From: a virus
Reading direction: 5' to 3' (one strand)
Virus record (IMG/VR): IMGVR_UViG_3300031565_000199
DNA: 33,517 nt
A program made the position numbers and the translations under genes. The notes under the pieces are model-generated. The model was not told where the DNA came from, searched no databases, and saw only the letters and a list, made by a program, of their open reading frames with translations. Shown here piece after piece: positions 24,856 to 31,858 of the stretch. Every line of letters starts with the position of its first letter. Position 1 is the stretch's first letter.

Positions 24856-25051
24856 CGCGGGTCACCGTCACTTTTACGCATCGGTAATCGGGAAAGTGTG
24901 TTAACCACAACTCTTTCCAATTTCCGCGTAATCGAGTGTTAAAGAGCATGTAATCAGCTATGCATTTCTTTCGGGTATCCCTGATACTGTCAAGCTCAAT
25001 CTTGTCCTGCGGAGTAACAATCGCCCAGGCTTTCACGGGTTTGTCACTCAT
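24845..25051 (-). CDS. Hypothetical protein
   Basis: 68-aa ORF. Its start overlaps the stop of a micro-ORF, and its stop overlaps the HNH start. Confidence 0.55.
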   Translation of the reverse strand: MSDKPVKAWAIVTPQDKIELDSIRDTRKKCIADYMLFNTRLRGNWKELWLTHFPDYRCVKVTVTRDEG

Positions 25052-25113
25052 CGCTCGCGTCCTCCGGTTAAAGCTATCAGAATGCTTGCTATAATTATGA
25101 AAGTTGCGATCAT
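25048..25113 (-). CDS. Micro-ORF, 21-aa hydrophobic peptide
   Basis: MIATFIIIASILIALTGGRER, with a GAGGTGAAGGG RBS and ATGA overlaps on both sides. Confidence 0.3.
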   Translation of the reverse strand: MIATFIIIASILIALTGGRER

Positions 25114-25196
25114 CCCTTCACCTCGATCTGATCTGCCATTGTGTCAGCAAAGCAGTTGATCAATTCCTCATCGGTCATTTTCGTCAGGTCAGTCAT
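25110..25196 (-). CDS. Micro-ORF, 28 aa
   Basis: MTDLTKMTDEELINCFADTMADQIEVKG. Its start overlaps the upstream stop by 8 nt. Confidence 0.3.
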   Translation of the reverse strand: MTDLTKMTDEELINCFADTMADQIEVKG

Positions 25197-25377
25197 GGCG
25201 CACCTTTTCTCTGAAATCATAATGTGTTACTTTCGCGGCCTCGACAACGGTCTTATGGTTATGCTTTCTGGCGTGTTCTCGCGCACGATCCGCCGCATAC
25301 TTTTGATCTTCGCTGCGCCATTTGCAATCCATGCAACTCGCTATTCTGCTAGTAATCCAACTATGAGTTCTTTTCAT
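25189..25377 (-). CDS. Hypothetical protein
   Basis: The likely start is the ATG at 25377 (MKRTHSWITSRIASCMDCKW...), giving 62 aa. The track ORF extends to 25434 across the preceding gene. Confidence 0.5.
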   Translation of the reverse strand: MKRTHSWITSRIASCMDCKWRSEDQKYAADRAREHARKHNHKTVVEAAKVTHYDFREKVRHD

Positions 25378-25381
25378 ACCT

Positions 25382-25498
25382 TCACCTCGCCTTTCTGTAT
25401 TTTCTCCAACATTGTGGGCAAAAATAATGGTCATACCATCGACTGTTCCGCCGGAATATTAGTTTATGCCAACATGCTGGGCAAATAAGGGTTGTCAT
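25382..25498 (-). CDS. 38-aa zinc-ribbon peptide
   Basis: MTTLICPACWHKLIFRRNSRWYDHYFCPQCWRKYRKAR, with a CxxC...CxxC arrangement and an ATGA overlap with the upstream stop. Confidence 0.45.
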   Translation of the reverse strand: MTTLICPACWHKLIFRRNSRWYDHYFCPQCWRKYRKAR

Positions 25499-25983
25499 TT
25501 CGCAGCCTCCCGTGCCCTCGCGATGAGGGCATTCGCTCGGTCTTTAATCTCACTACGCCTATCAATTGCCGGGGTTCTTTCCGTTATGAACATATCCGGC
25601 GGAACAATGGCTAGAGTATCGGTCAACCCGTCCGCCAGCTCGCGGATGAGGGCGAGGAGGGTGGCGTTATCAGCCTGCAATGATTCAATGTGCATTTGCT
25701 CGTAGGCTAGAGTATCGGTCAACCCGTCCGCCAGCTCGCGGATGAGGGCGAGGAGGGTGGCGTTATCAGCCTGCAATGATTCAATGTGCATTTGCTCGTA
25801 ATCAGGTTCAGGATCAGGTTCAGGTTGTTGAGGTTCGGGCTGATGTTGAGATTCCCATTGCCTATTAAAACAATTAGGACATAAGCCATGATCGGGGTCG
25901 CCACCAGCACCCCAAATATTTACGCCACATACCGAACATGTAGCCTGTTTCCATTCGGGTCTAAGCCAATAGAGGTCAGTCAT
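25495..25983 (-). CDS. Zinc-ribbon protein with duplicated helical module
   Basis: The real start is probably the ATG at 25983 (MTDLYWLRPEWKQATCSVCG..CPNCF), preceded by a GGGAGG RBS. A PE-rich linker follows, then two identical 32-aa modules (YEQMHIESLQADNATLLALIRELADGLTDTLA). The upstream 73 codons of the 235-aa track ORF overlap another gene. Confidence 0.6.
   Translation of the reverse strand: MTDLYWLRPEWKQATCSVCGVNIWGAGGDPDHGLCPNCFNRQWESQHQPEPQQPEPDPEPDYEQMHIESLQADNATLLALIRELADGLTDTLAYEQMHIESLQADNATLLALIRELADGLTDTLAIVPPDMFITERTPAIDRRSEIKDRANALIARAREAAK
25609..25800 (-). repeat. Perfect 96-bp tandem duplication (2 copies), in frame inside a gene
   Basis: 25609-25704 and 25705-25800 read identically (ggctagagtatcggtcaacccgtccgcc...tgcatttgctcgta). 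Confidence 0.9.
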
Positions 25984-26156
25984 TTCGCGGCCTCCCTTGC
26001 CCTCGCGATGAGGGCTTTGTTGACAAGTTCGGGACGTATAATTGATATTCGCTCCAGCGCGTCCGTAAGCTCGCCGATGAGGGCGAGGAGGGTGGCGTTC
26101 TCGTCCTTTAATTTGATATAACCCACCGCTAGTATTTCGGCGCAATTTCCGCTCAT
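25980..26156 (-). CDS. 58-aa protein paralogous to the C-terminal module of the next gene
   Basis: MSGNCAEILAVGYIKLKDENATLLALIGELTDALERISIIRPELVNKALIARAREAAK. It has ATGA overlaps at both ends. It shares ENATLLALI.EL.D.L and the terminal ALIARAREAAK with 25495..25983. Confidence 0.5.
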   Translation of the reverse strand: MSGNCAEILAVGYIKLKDENATLLALIGELTDALERISIIRPELVNKALIARAREAAK

Positions 26157-26560
26157 GATCCTTCCTCCACAAACTCGGCGCGGAGGCCGAGGGATGCGGC
26201 AAGCGCTTCCATCAATATAATCGCTTCGTCTCGCTCATAAAATCCACGCAACGACAGATACTGGGGCTGTCCGTATGGGCCTTGATTTCCGACGGGCTTA
26301 TCCCCCAATAAAGTAATAATATATAACTTCTTGTTTGGCATAAGTTCTTCGTAACCAAGTCTAAACCTCAACACCGGCCTCATCCCCGCCTCGATCTCGG
26401 CGCGGTGGGTGGTGAGGTAGTCAGCCCATCGTTCCACAATCGCGGCCTCGTGATAATAACCCGTGCAAGTTCGCGGATCGTGTTTTTTATAGCCATCTCC
26501 GCAAGCGCGAGCCTCTATAATTTCATCGCGCATCTTTTTTATCACATCGTCAAGTTTCAT
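26153..26560 (-). CDS. Hypothetical protein
   Basis: The likely start is the ATG at 26560 (MKLDDVIKKMRDEI), giving 135 aa. Confidence 0.55.
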   Translation of the reverse strand: MKLDDVIKKMRDEIIEARACGDGYKKHDPRTCTGYYHEAAIVERWADYLTTHRAEIEAGMRPVLRFRLGYEELMPNKKLYIITLLGDKPVGNQGPYGQPQYLSLRGFYERDEAIILMEALAASLGLRAEFVEEGS

Positions 26561-26879
26561 TCGGAGCCTCCGTGAGTTCGAAGTGGATAACATAAAAAAT
26601 GCTCGACAAATCAAATTCTTTCGTGTATGTATTTTCTAAGAATTCCTTCAAATCAGTCCAATACTCGAATCCTTCAGTTCCCGGATCAATTTCATCCAGG
26701 CGACGATATCTGGCATCGATAATTTTAACCCAGGCGAATATGGTTCCGAATTTATGTTCGGGGTGCGGATTAATGCAAGCCCTTATTTCTCCGGTAGCCG
26801 CCTTCTGTTCAAGCCGCACTGTCTGCGTTTTCGTCCCGTCCAGTATCGCGTCGTTGAAACGCGGGTCGAATTTTAGCAT
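26550..26879 (-). CDS. ASCH (PUA-like) domain protein
   Basis: MLKFDPRFNDAILDGTKTQTVRLE is the typical ASCH N-terminus. An AAGGAG RBS precedes the ATG at 26879. Confidence 0.6.
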   Translation of the reverse strand: MLKFDPRFNDAILDGTKTQTVRLEQKAATGEIRACINPHPEHKFGTIFAWVKIIDARYRRLDEIDPGTEGFEYWTDLKEFLENTYTKEFDLSSIFYVIHFELTEAPNET

Positions 26880-26918
26880 TGTCGTCTCCTTAATCCAATC
26901 GCCTTCCCTGCACACCGG

Positions 26919-27083
26919 TCAATCTTCGGTTTCTTCAACTTTGCAAATTCGCCAACCTTCTTTGAGTTCCGCTTCACCAAGTATCTTGTTAATAGCACTA
27001 ACAATATCTTTGGCAGATATGTATGCTATAACTCGCGGCTTTGCTCTTTTGCTACAGGCATAAATGCGGAAGTTAATATCCAT
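26919..27083 (-). CDS. 54-aa hypothetical protein (missing from ORF track)
   Basis: MDINFRIYACSKRAKPRVIAYISAKDIVSAINKILGEAELKEGWRICKVEETED, with a strong AAAGGAGGAAAG RBS. Confidence 0.5.
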   Translation of the reverse strand: MDINFRIYACSKRAKPRVIAYISAKDIVSAINKILGEAELKEGWRICKVEETED

Positions 27084-27110
27084 TGTTCTTTCCTCCTTTC
27101 GTTTTGATAT

Positions 27111-27302
27111 TTAATCGATCATCTGCGTATACCCGCATCGTGGACACGTTACCTGTGTCGGGGCGGGTCTGTTCCGGCTCATCTCAAAGTCCCCCCAATC
27201 GGTGAGCACCAACGCAACGTAAAAAGCGAGCCATATCAGTGCCCAGAAAAATGCGTGCAGCAGGTTCACGCGAGCGTGGCGGATGTAGCGTTGGAGTTTC
27301 AT
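27111..27302 (-). CDS. Small membrane protein with C-terminal CxxC
   Basis: 63 aa with a TM helix (LLHAFFWALIWLAFYVALVL) and a GGAGG RBS. Confidence 0.55.
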   Translation of the reverse strand: MKLQRYIRHARVNLLHAFFWALIWLAFYVALVLTDWGDFEMSRNRPAPTQVTCPRCGYTQMID

Positions 27303-27335
27303 CGCTCGATCCTCCAGGTGTCGGGTGTGTCAGCC

Positions 27336-27596
27336 TTACTTTTGTTCAGGGACATCGCTGGCCTCCTCAACTTTCGTTGCGCTGTAAACGATTTCGGTTT
27401 CTGTCGTGATGCTATATTTCACCCATATGCCGTTTTCCAGAACCTCAACAATGCCGCCATCCTCATGTGCGTAGGGATAATCGCCTTCACAATCTATTTC
27501 TTCCGCGAATATCCTGGCGGCATGTTCCGGATCGAAAGCCTTAATCTCGCATTGATTATCTTCACATTCATCGCGGACTTGATATAGGTTAATCAT
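27336..27596 (-). CDS. Hypothetical acidic protein
   Basis: The likely start is the ATG at 27596 (MINLYQVRDECED), with a GGAGG RBS and an 8-nt overlap with the upstream stop. Confidence 0.55.
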   Translation of the reverse strand: MINLYQVRDECEDNQCEIKAFDPEHAARIFAEEIDCEGDYPYAHEDGGIVEVLENGIWVKYSITTETEIVYSATKVEEASDVPEQK

Positions 27597-27891
27597 TACT
27601 GTCGGCCTCCTCAACCGTTGCATTTTTTGCAACAGCTCGCTTGTTCAGGTGGTCACGCGCCTCTTCTATTGCGTCATAGAGAGCCGATGGCGACTCACAG
27701 ACTGCCACGATTTGCTTCAGTATCCTCCGATCCTCCCGGAGTTCCGCGAGCTCGGCCTCTTGCGTATCAAATCGATTAATAATCTCCTCTCTATATTCTC
27801 TTTCTTTTGATGTATAAGTGGAGGGATATCCTTTGAGGGAAAGCCCGAAATTGTTTATAAGATCGGATAGACTTTTTTCTTTAATATTCAT
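27589..27891 (-). CDS. Hypothetical coiled-coil protein
   Basis: 100-aa ORF with an ATGA overlap to the upstream gene. Confidence 0.55.
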   Translation of the reverse strand: MNIKEKSLSDLINNFGLSLKGYPSTYTSKEREYREEIINRFDTQEAELAELREDRRILKQIVAVCESPSALYDAIEEARDHLNKRAVAKNATVEEADSND

Positions 27892-28541
27892 TCCGTCACC
27901 TCCGTGACATCGCTCGGATAAGCGTACAAATAACCCACATCCTCTGTGCCGGTATAGATATCAAGAGTATTTTCTATCCAGTCCGCCGTCCTGTCTACGA
28001 TTAAATAACGACCGGCGGTTATCTCTCCTCCCGGATCGTCGCGCATTATTTCGACTACCGGATAATCGCCGGTCTTAACCCTCTCATACCAATCTTTTGC
28101 GACGGGGTTAGGTCCCGGGCTTATCGCCGCGATGCCGCAAATATTCATTCGCTTTGAAAGTGCGAGTCCCTGGAAATAGCCAAGCGGTTTATTCGCGGCG
28201 GTATTTTTGTCGTATGATTTTGAGCGGTAATGGGTCACAAAAAGGTTAACGGTGGGAGCCGGGTTGTCCGGCTCCCCTTGCAAATCACTAGATACAATTT
28301 CCCCGGGAACATCCGTGTCCCCATTGAATCCGGCGGGTCCTTCCGCCTTCGTGCCTCTTACGTCTTCCGACGCGCTTCCGCGTCTTATCTGCCAGCTTGA
28401 ATACTCCATGCCGATTGTAAAGCCGATTACCAGCGCGATGATAAGCCAGAAGGTAAATTCCTTGACCGATATCTTTATGAATCGGTTTCTGAATTCGCGT
28501 CGCGTGGTATTAAGATCATCGTTATGATAGGTAATCGACAT
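27888..28541 (-). CDS. Membrane-anchored protein with a C-terminal double-psi beta-barrel-like (RlpA/3D/MltA-like) domain
   Basis: The likely start is the ATG at 28541 (MSITYHNDD), with a GGAG RBS. It has a TM helix (FWLIIALVIGFTIGM). The C-terminal VTHYRS..NTAANKP..CGIAAISPG..YPVVEIMRDD..GRYLIVDRTADWIENTLDIYTG resembles RlpA/3D domains, but not all conserved Asp residues are present. Confidence 0.4.
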   Translation of the reverse strand: MSITYHNDDLNTTRREFRNRFIKISVKEFTFWLIIALVIGFTIGMEYSSWQIRRGSASEDVRGTKAEGPAGFNGDTDVPGEIVSSDLQGEPDNPAPTVNLFVTHYRSKSYDKNTAANKPLGYFQGLALSKRMNICGIAAISPGPNPVAKDWYERVKTGDYPVVEIMRDDPGGEITAGRYLIVDRTADWIENTLDIYTGTEDVGYLYAYPSDVTEVTE

Positions 28542-28542
28542 G

Positions 28543-28758
28543 TTATATCTCCGAAAGTTTCTTTTCGATGAATTTTGCAATCTGCTTTTTCAGATCCGCG
28601 GCGGCCTTCTCGCGTGTCCGATGATAGCCGGTGTTAGTCCAGCGTCCGCAATAGAATTCGCCGTGCCATTCGCCGTTGTCTTCTATCAGATTCCCAAACA
28701 CAGCGGGGATTGAGAAGTCAGGCTTTTTTGTTTCGGCATCGGTTGTTTCATTCTCCAT
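28543..28758 (-). CDS. Hypothetical protein
   Basis: 71-aa ORF with an AAGGAGGA RBS. Confidence 0.55.
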   Translation of the reverse strand: MENETTDAETKKPDFSIPAVFGNLIEDNGEWHGEFYCGRWTNTGYHRTREKAAADLKKQIAKFIEKKLSEI

Positions 28759-28915
28759 TCGTGGTGTCCTCCTTTCGTTCGTGTTCTTGCATATGATTTA
28801 TAATCCAATGCGATATATAGGTGAGCGTTTTGTTAACGGCCATTGTCCAGAACAAAAGGAAAAGTATAAGTGTTATACAAACAGCGAATCCTATTTCGAG
28901 TTCATAGGGTTTCAT
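28748..28915 (-). CDS. 55-aa single-TM protein (missing from ORF track)
   Basis: MKPYELEIGFAVCITLILFLLFWTMAVNKTLTYISHWIINHMQEHERKEDTTNGE, with an ATGA overlap to the upstream stop. Confidence 0.45.
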   Translation of the reverse strand: MKPYELEIGFAVCITLILFLLFWTMAVNKTLTYISHWIINHMQEHERKEDTTNGE

Positions 28916-29244
28916 TCCGCGTCCTCCTTTCGTTCGATTTCTATGAGTTGTAAAACGATGTCCTGATTGTTGTCCCAGAGCGTGTAGCCGAATCCCTTCC
29001 CGTCGAATTCCGTGACTTTTCGGATATGCAATTCCGTAAAATGTTCACTCACCAGGTCGATTATGATCTGATCGTTTTCGACCTGTGCGTAATTCCCCTC
29101 GCCGTCGCTGATATGCGGGATTGAGATTTGACTGACGGGCTTTTCGTCACTGATATATTCATCCTCACCGTAATCGCCCTCACCGGGGATTTTCTCGACC
29201 TCGTAAATCCAAAAGTTCAGGATGACTTTTTCGTTGTCGGTCAT
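28912..29244 (-). CDS. Hypothetical acidic protein
   Basis: 110-aa ORF with an ATGA overlap to the ATPase gene stop. Confidence 0.55.
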   Translation of the reverse strand: MTDNEKVILNFWIYEVEKIPGEGDYGEDEYISDEKPVSQISIPHISDGEGNYAQVENDQIIIDLVSEHFTELHIRKVTEFDGKGFGYTLWDNNQDIVLQLIEIERKEDAE

Positions 29245-30506
29245 GATTTAATCTCCCCGTCTTCGATGTAGATTCCGATCTCGCCGGTCGTATCGACGTA
29301 TTCAAGCCAGAGCTGAAAGCCGTTTTCTTTTGCAAGTGAAACGACTAATGCTAGCATATCCTTGTCCATCAGCGACGCTCTGCGTATGAGCAAGACTTTC
29401 AGCGACGGGTTAAGAGCCATACCGATCATCATACTAATTTTGATTTTAGCACCATCGGAAATCTGACTCATTGGATTCCCGTTATAAAGCAACGCCCCGC
29501 CGTCACTAAATTCTAAACCGGGAACCGGGTATTTCGCATTGCGAATCGCATCCGCCTTTTCCTTCTGCATATCGGCGATTCTCTTCTCGAATCCTTCGTG
29601 AACCGAAACGGCGTTCCGATATTGAGAATCGATTTCCGCCCGGCGCATATTCGATCTAATCTTGTTGTTGAGATCGTCCGCCGAATTCATGCGCGATTGA
29701 ATTTCGGAAAGGATCGGGCAAAAGATGGGATCTGACAATGTTAGTTTTTTAACGTAATCGATTGATTTTTTCAAATCACTTTCCGCCACCTCGAGGGCTT
29801 CTTTCAAATCGGATACTTCTTTTTTCCGAATATTCAATATCCGTTCCGCATCATCGATAGCGTCCAATCGTTTGTTTTCTGCGTCGTGCGCCTTAAGCGC
29901 GTCCTGATATTCCGTGGCGATTGCCGCCGCCGAAACTTCCGTGTCGGGAACATCCTTAAATTCCTGCATTGTAGCAAGCGAGCCCTTGAGTCTGTCAACT
30001 TCACGACCGGCGATTGTCCGCTCCTGATACGCCGCTTTGTAATCGACTTCCCATGTGACGAAATCAATATCGAAATCGATCATGTCCTTGAGAATTTCGC
30101 CCTGCTTTTTTTCGTCCAACTCCGCAAATGCGAGCGGATCGAAAGTGAGCTTGCCGATCAGTTCGTCCAGGACTTTTTGAGGGCTTGAAAGTTTCGATCC
30201 ATCTTTCGCTATAACCTCAAGCGGAAGCATCGATGTCCCGCCGTCCTTATCCTTTTTGTATCGGCGGCGAACAAGTAAATCACCTAAATCGATCTCCGTC
30301 AAAGCCTTGTCCTGTCCTCGCCGGATCGGTTCGACCGGAGCGAATTTCGGGCCGCCGATTGCGGTTGCAATCGTATCAAGTATGCTCGATTTGCCCGATT
30401 CGTTTGGCCCTGAAAGTTTTATTACATCCCCGTCCGGGATAATCTCAACGACTTTCAGAACCTTAAAATTTTCTGCTTTTAGTCTGATAACTTTGAAATC
30501 CGTCAT
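29241..30506 (-). CDS. SMC/SbcC/Rad50-like ATPase (AAA_23-like)
   Basis: The N-terminus IRLKAENFKVLKVVEI...LSGPNESGKSSILDTI carries a Walker A motif. A central coiled-coil region follows. The C-terminus has an SDGAKIKISMMIGMAL signature-like motif and a KVLLIRRASLMD Walker B/D-loop-like motif. Confidence 0.65.
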   Translation of the reverse strand: MTDFKVIRLKAENFKVLKVVEIIPDGDVIKLSGPNESGKSSILDTIATAIGGPKFAPVEPIRRGQDKALTEIDLGDLLVRRRYKKDKDGGTSMLPLEVIAKDGSKLSSPQKVLDELIGKLTFDPLAFAELDEKKQGEILKDMIDFDIDFVTWEVDYKAAYQERTIAGREVDRLKGSLATMQEFKDVPDTEVSAAAIATEYQDALKAHDAENKRLDAIDDAERILNIRKKEVSDLKEALEVAESDLKKSIDYVKKLTLSDPIFCPILSEIQSRMNSADDLNNKIRSNMRRAEIDSQYRNAVSVHEGFEKRIADMQKEKADAIRNAKYPVPGLEFSDGGALLYNGNPMSQISDGAKIKISMMIGMALNPSLKVLLIRRASLMDKDMLALVVSLAKENGFQLWLEYVDTTGEIGIYIEDGEIKS

Positions 30507-30539
30507 AACATTTCACCGTCCATTTCCTTTAATCTGAGT

Positions 30540-30656
30540 TTAATGACCAATCCAGTACCCCAAGGCCGCGAATGCGATACAGAGGAGGACCAGTTTCCAA
30601 ATCCTGATCTCCATGCATCCTGGCATCGGGTCGTATGTGTGCAGGATAACTTTCAC
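30540..30656 (-). CDS. Micro-ORF, 38-aa TM peptide
   Basis: VKVILHTYDPMPGCMEIRIWKLVLLCIAFAALGYWIGH. The GTG start overlaps the upstream TGA (GTGA). This is a different frame from the 61-aa track ORF 30529..30714. Confidence 0.35.
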   Translation of the reverse strand: MKVILHTYDPMPGCMEIRIWKLVLLCIAFAALGYWIGH

Positions 30657-31858
30657 TTTTCGGCCTCCAAGTCGCTCGTATCGTCGGTTTCCATTCCCGC
30701 TCCGGTAGTCGCATCTTGTAATATCAACTCATTGAGCCATGCTAAAATCTTTAAGGCGGTCGATTCGGGCAAGGTCTTAAGGCTTTTACCGCCGAAAGTT
30801 TTCAGCCCCTTCCCCAAGATTTTCTTCATTCCGTATTCGTTCTGCCCGTAAGCTTTGGCAAGCTCGCGAATCCTCCGCTCGGTTTCGGGGCAAATCGTCG
30901 GTTCGCCCTGTGGCGGAATCGGCTCCGTATGATTATCCAGATTCGAGATATCGATCGGTTCCGCTTCCGGCTTCTCATTATTCCCGTCGACCAATTCGTC
31001 ATAAGTACCCTCCGCATGATCGGGAATGGCGATATGCTTTGCCGATGCGGGGAGAGTGATAAAGGCATTCCCCGCCGTCAATTTCGGAATCGATTCGGGG
31101 ATTTCCAGATATACTTCCGGGAAGGTTGTCTTTTTGAACGTGTTCGATTCATCCGCCGGTTGATAGCCCTCCGTCAGGCGGACCTTCAATTCAAGGCGTA
31201 ACAGCCCCGGCCATTGCCCGCCCGTGAGTCCCATAAAGGCCTGCACTTTCGTAATAATGCTCTGTAGCGTTCGGATTCCGCCGCTCACGAACCGGAACAG
31301 ATTCAAATCGGGCAACTTGTAAAGATAAAGCTCCATGATTATCCGTTCCCGGCAAGCCGATTTGATTGTGTCCGAACCGATGCGATAGGGGCAGGTCATG
31401 GGGTCGCATTTGATTTCCGATTCCCCGAGCGTTTCCCGGGAACGTCGTGTAGCGTGTCCTGAGTCGCTCCAGAGGAAAGTTCGGGCATCCCATGCCCAAT
31501 GATTCCGACAGAACAAATTTCGCCCCTGGTAGCATTCCAGGCCTATTGTGAGGCATTCCCTCGGATGAAGAAGGAAGGTGCAGTCCAACCGCGTCGGTTT
31601 TGGCCCGTATAGTTCGGTTATTTTGCCCTTAAGCCGCTCATCGATATTCCCAAAAGTGAAGTAATTCAAAGCCTGTGGGAATTCCGCGCCCCAGTTCGAC
31701 TGCCCGCATTTCTCGCATTTAAGGTTCTCGATCGATTGGATCGTTTTACATTGTCCGCACTTATGAACCTTATGCCCGACCCGGATCGTTCCGGTCCGCA
31801 TCGGATAGGGGTTGTGCATTTTATCGATCCGACTTTTTACGCGGTTTGGAGAAATCAT
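30653..31858 (-). CDS. Zinc-ribbon protein of the replication/recombination module (function unknown)
   Basis: 401 aa with an N-terminal CGQC..CEKCG ribbon, a Cys/Trp-rich central region and a helical C-terminus. It is coupled by ATGA overlap to the Cas4-like nuclease gene. Confidence 0.55.
   Translation of the reverse strand: MISPNRVKSRIDKMHNPYPMRTGTIRVGHKVHKCGQCKTIQSIENLKCEKCGQSNWGAEFPQALNYFTFGNIDERLKGKITELYGPKPTRLDCTFLLHPRECLTIGLECYQGRNLFCRNHWAWDARTFLWSDSGHATRRSRETLGESEIKCDPMTCPYRIGSDTIKSACRERIIMELYLYKLPDLNLFRFVSGGIRTLQSIITKVQAFMGLTGGQWPGLLRLELKVRLTEGYQPADESNTFKKTTFPEVYLEIPESIPKLTAGNAFITLPASAKHIAIPDHAEGTYDELVDGNNEKPEAEPIDISNLDNHTEPIPPQGEPTICPETERRIRELAKAYGQNEYGMKKILGKGLKTFGGKSLKTLPESTALKILAWLNELILQDATTGAGMETDDTSDLEAEK

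Noticed and set aside
25609-25800. The 96-bp tandem repeat as a CRISPR array or satellite
   Set aside because: There are only two directly abutting copies with no spacers. They lie in frame inside a coding region, so this is a gene-internal duplication.
25495-26202. The 235-aa ORF taken as a single gene
   Set aside because: Its first 73 codons (PHPSASAPSLWRKDHERKLRR...) are low-complexity. They overlap a well-coupled 58-aa gene in another frame and the end of the 26153..26560 gene. An internal ATG at 25983 with a GGGAGG RBS and an ATGA overlap is the credible start.
29960-29998. TTGACA-N19-TACAAT on the coding strand inside the ATPase gene
   Set aside because: The spacer is 19 nt, there is no TGn extension, and it lies in the middle of an ORF. 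It does not match the architecture shared by the three accepted promoters and is probably a chance match.
30529-30714. 61-aa minus-strand ORF from the track
   Set aside because: It overlaps the 3' end of the 401-aa gene out of frame. It is Arg/Pro-rich and has no RBS. The alternative 38-aa frame with a GTGA coupling and a clean TM helix is more plausible, though still uncertain.
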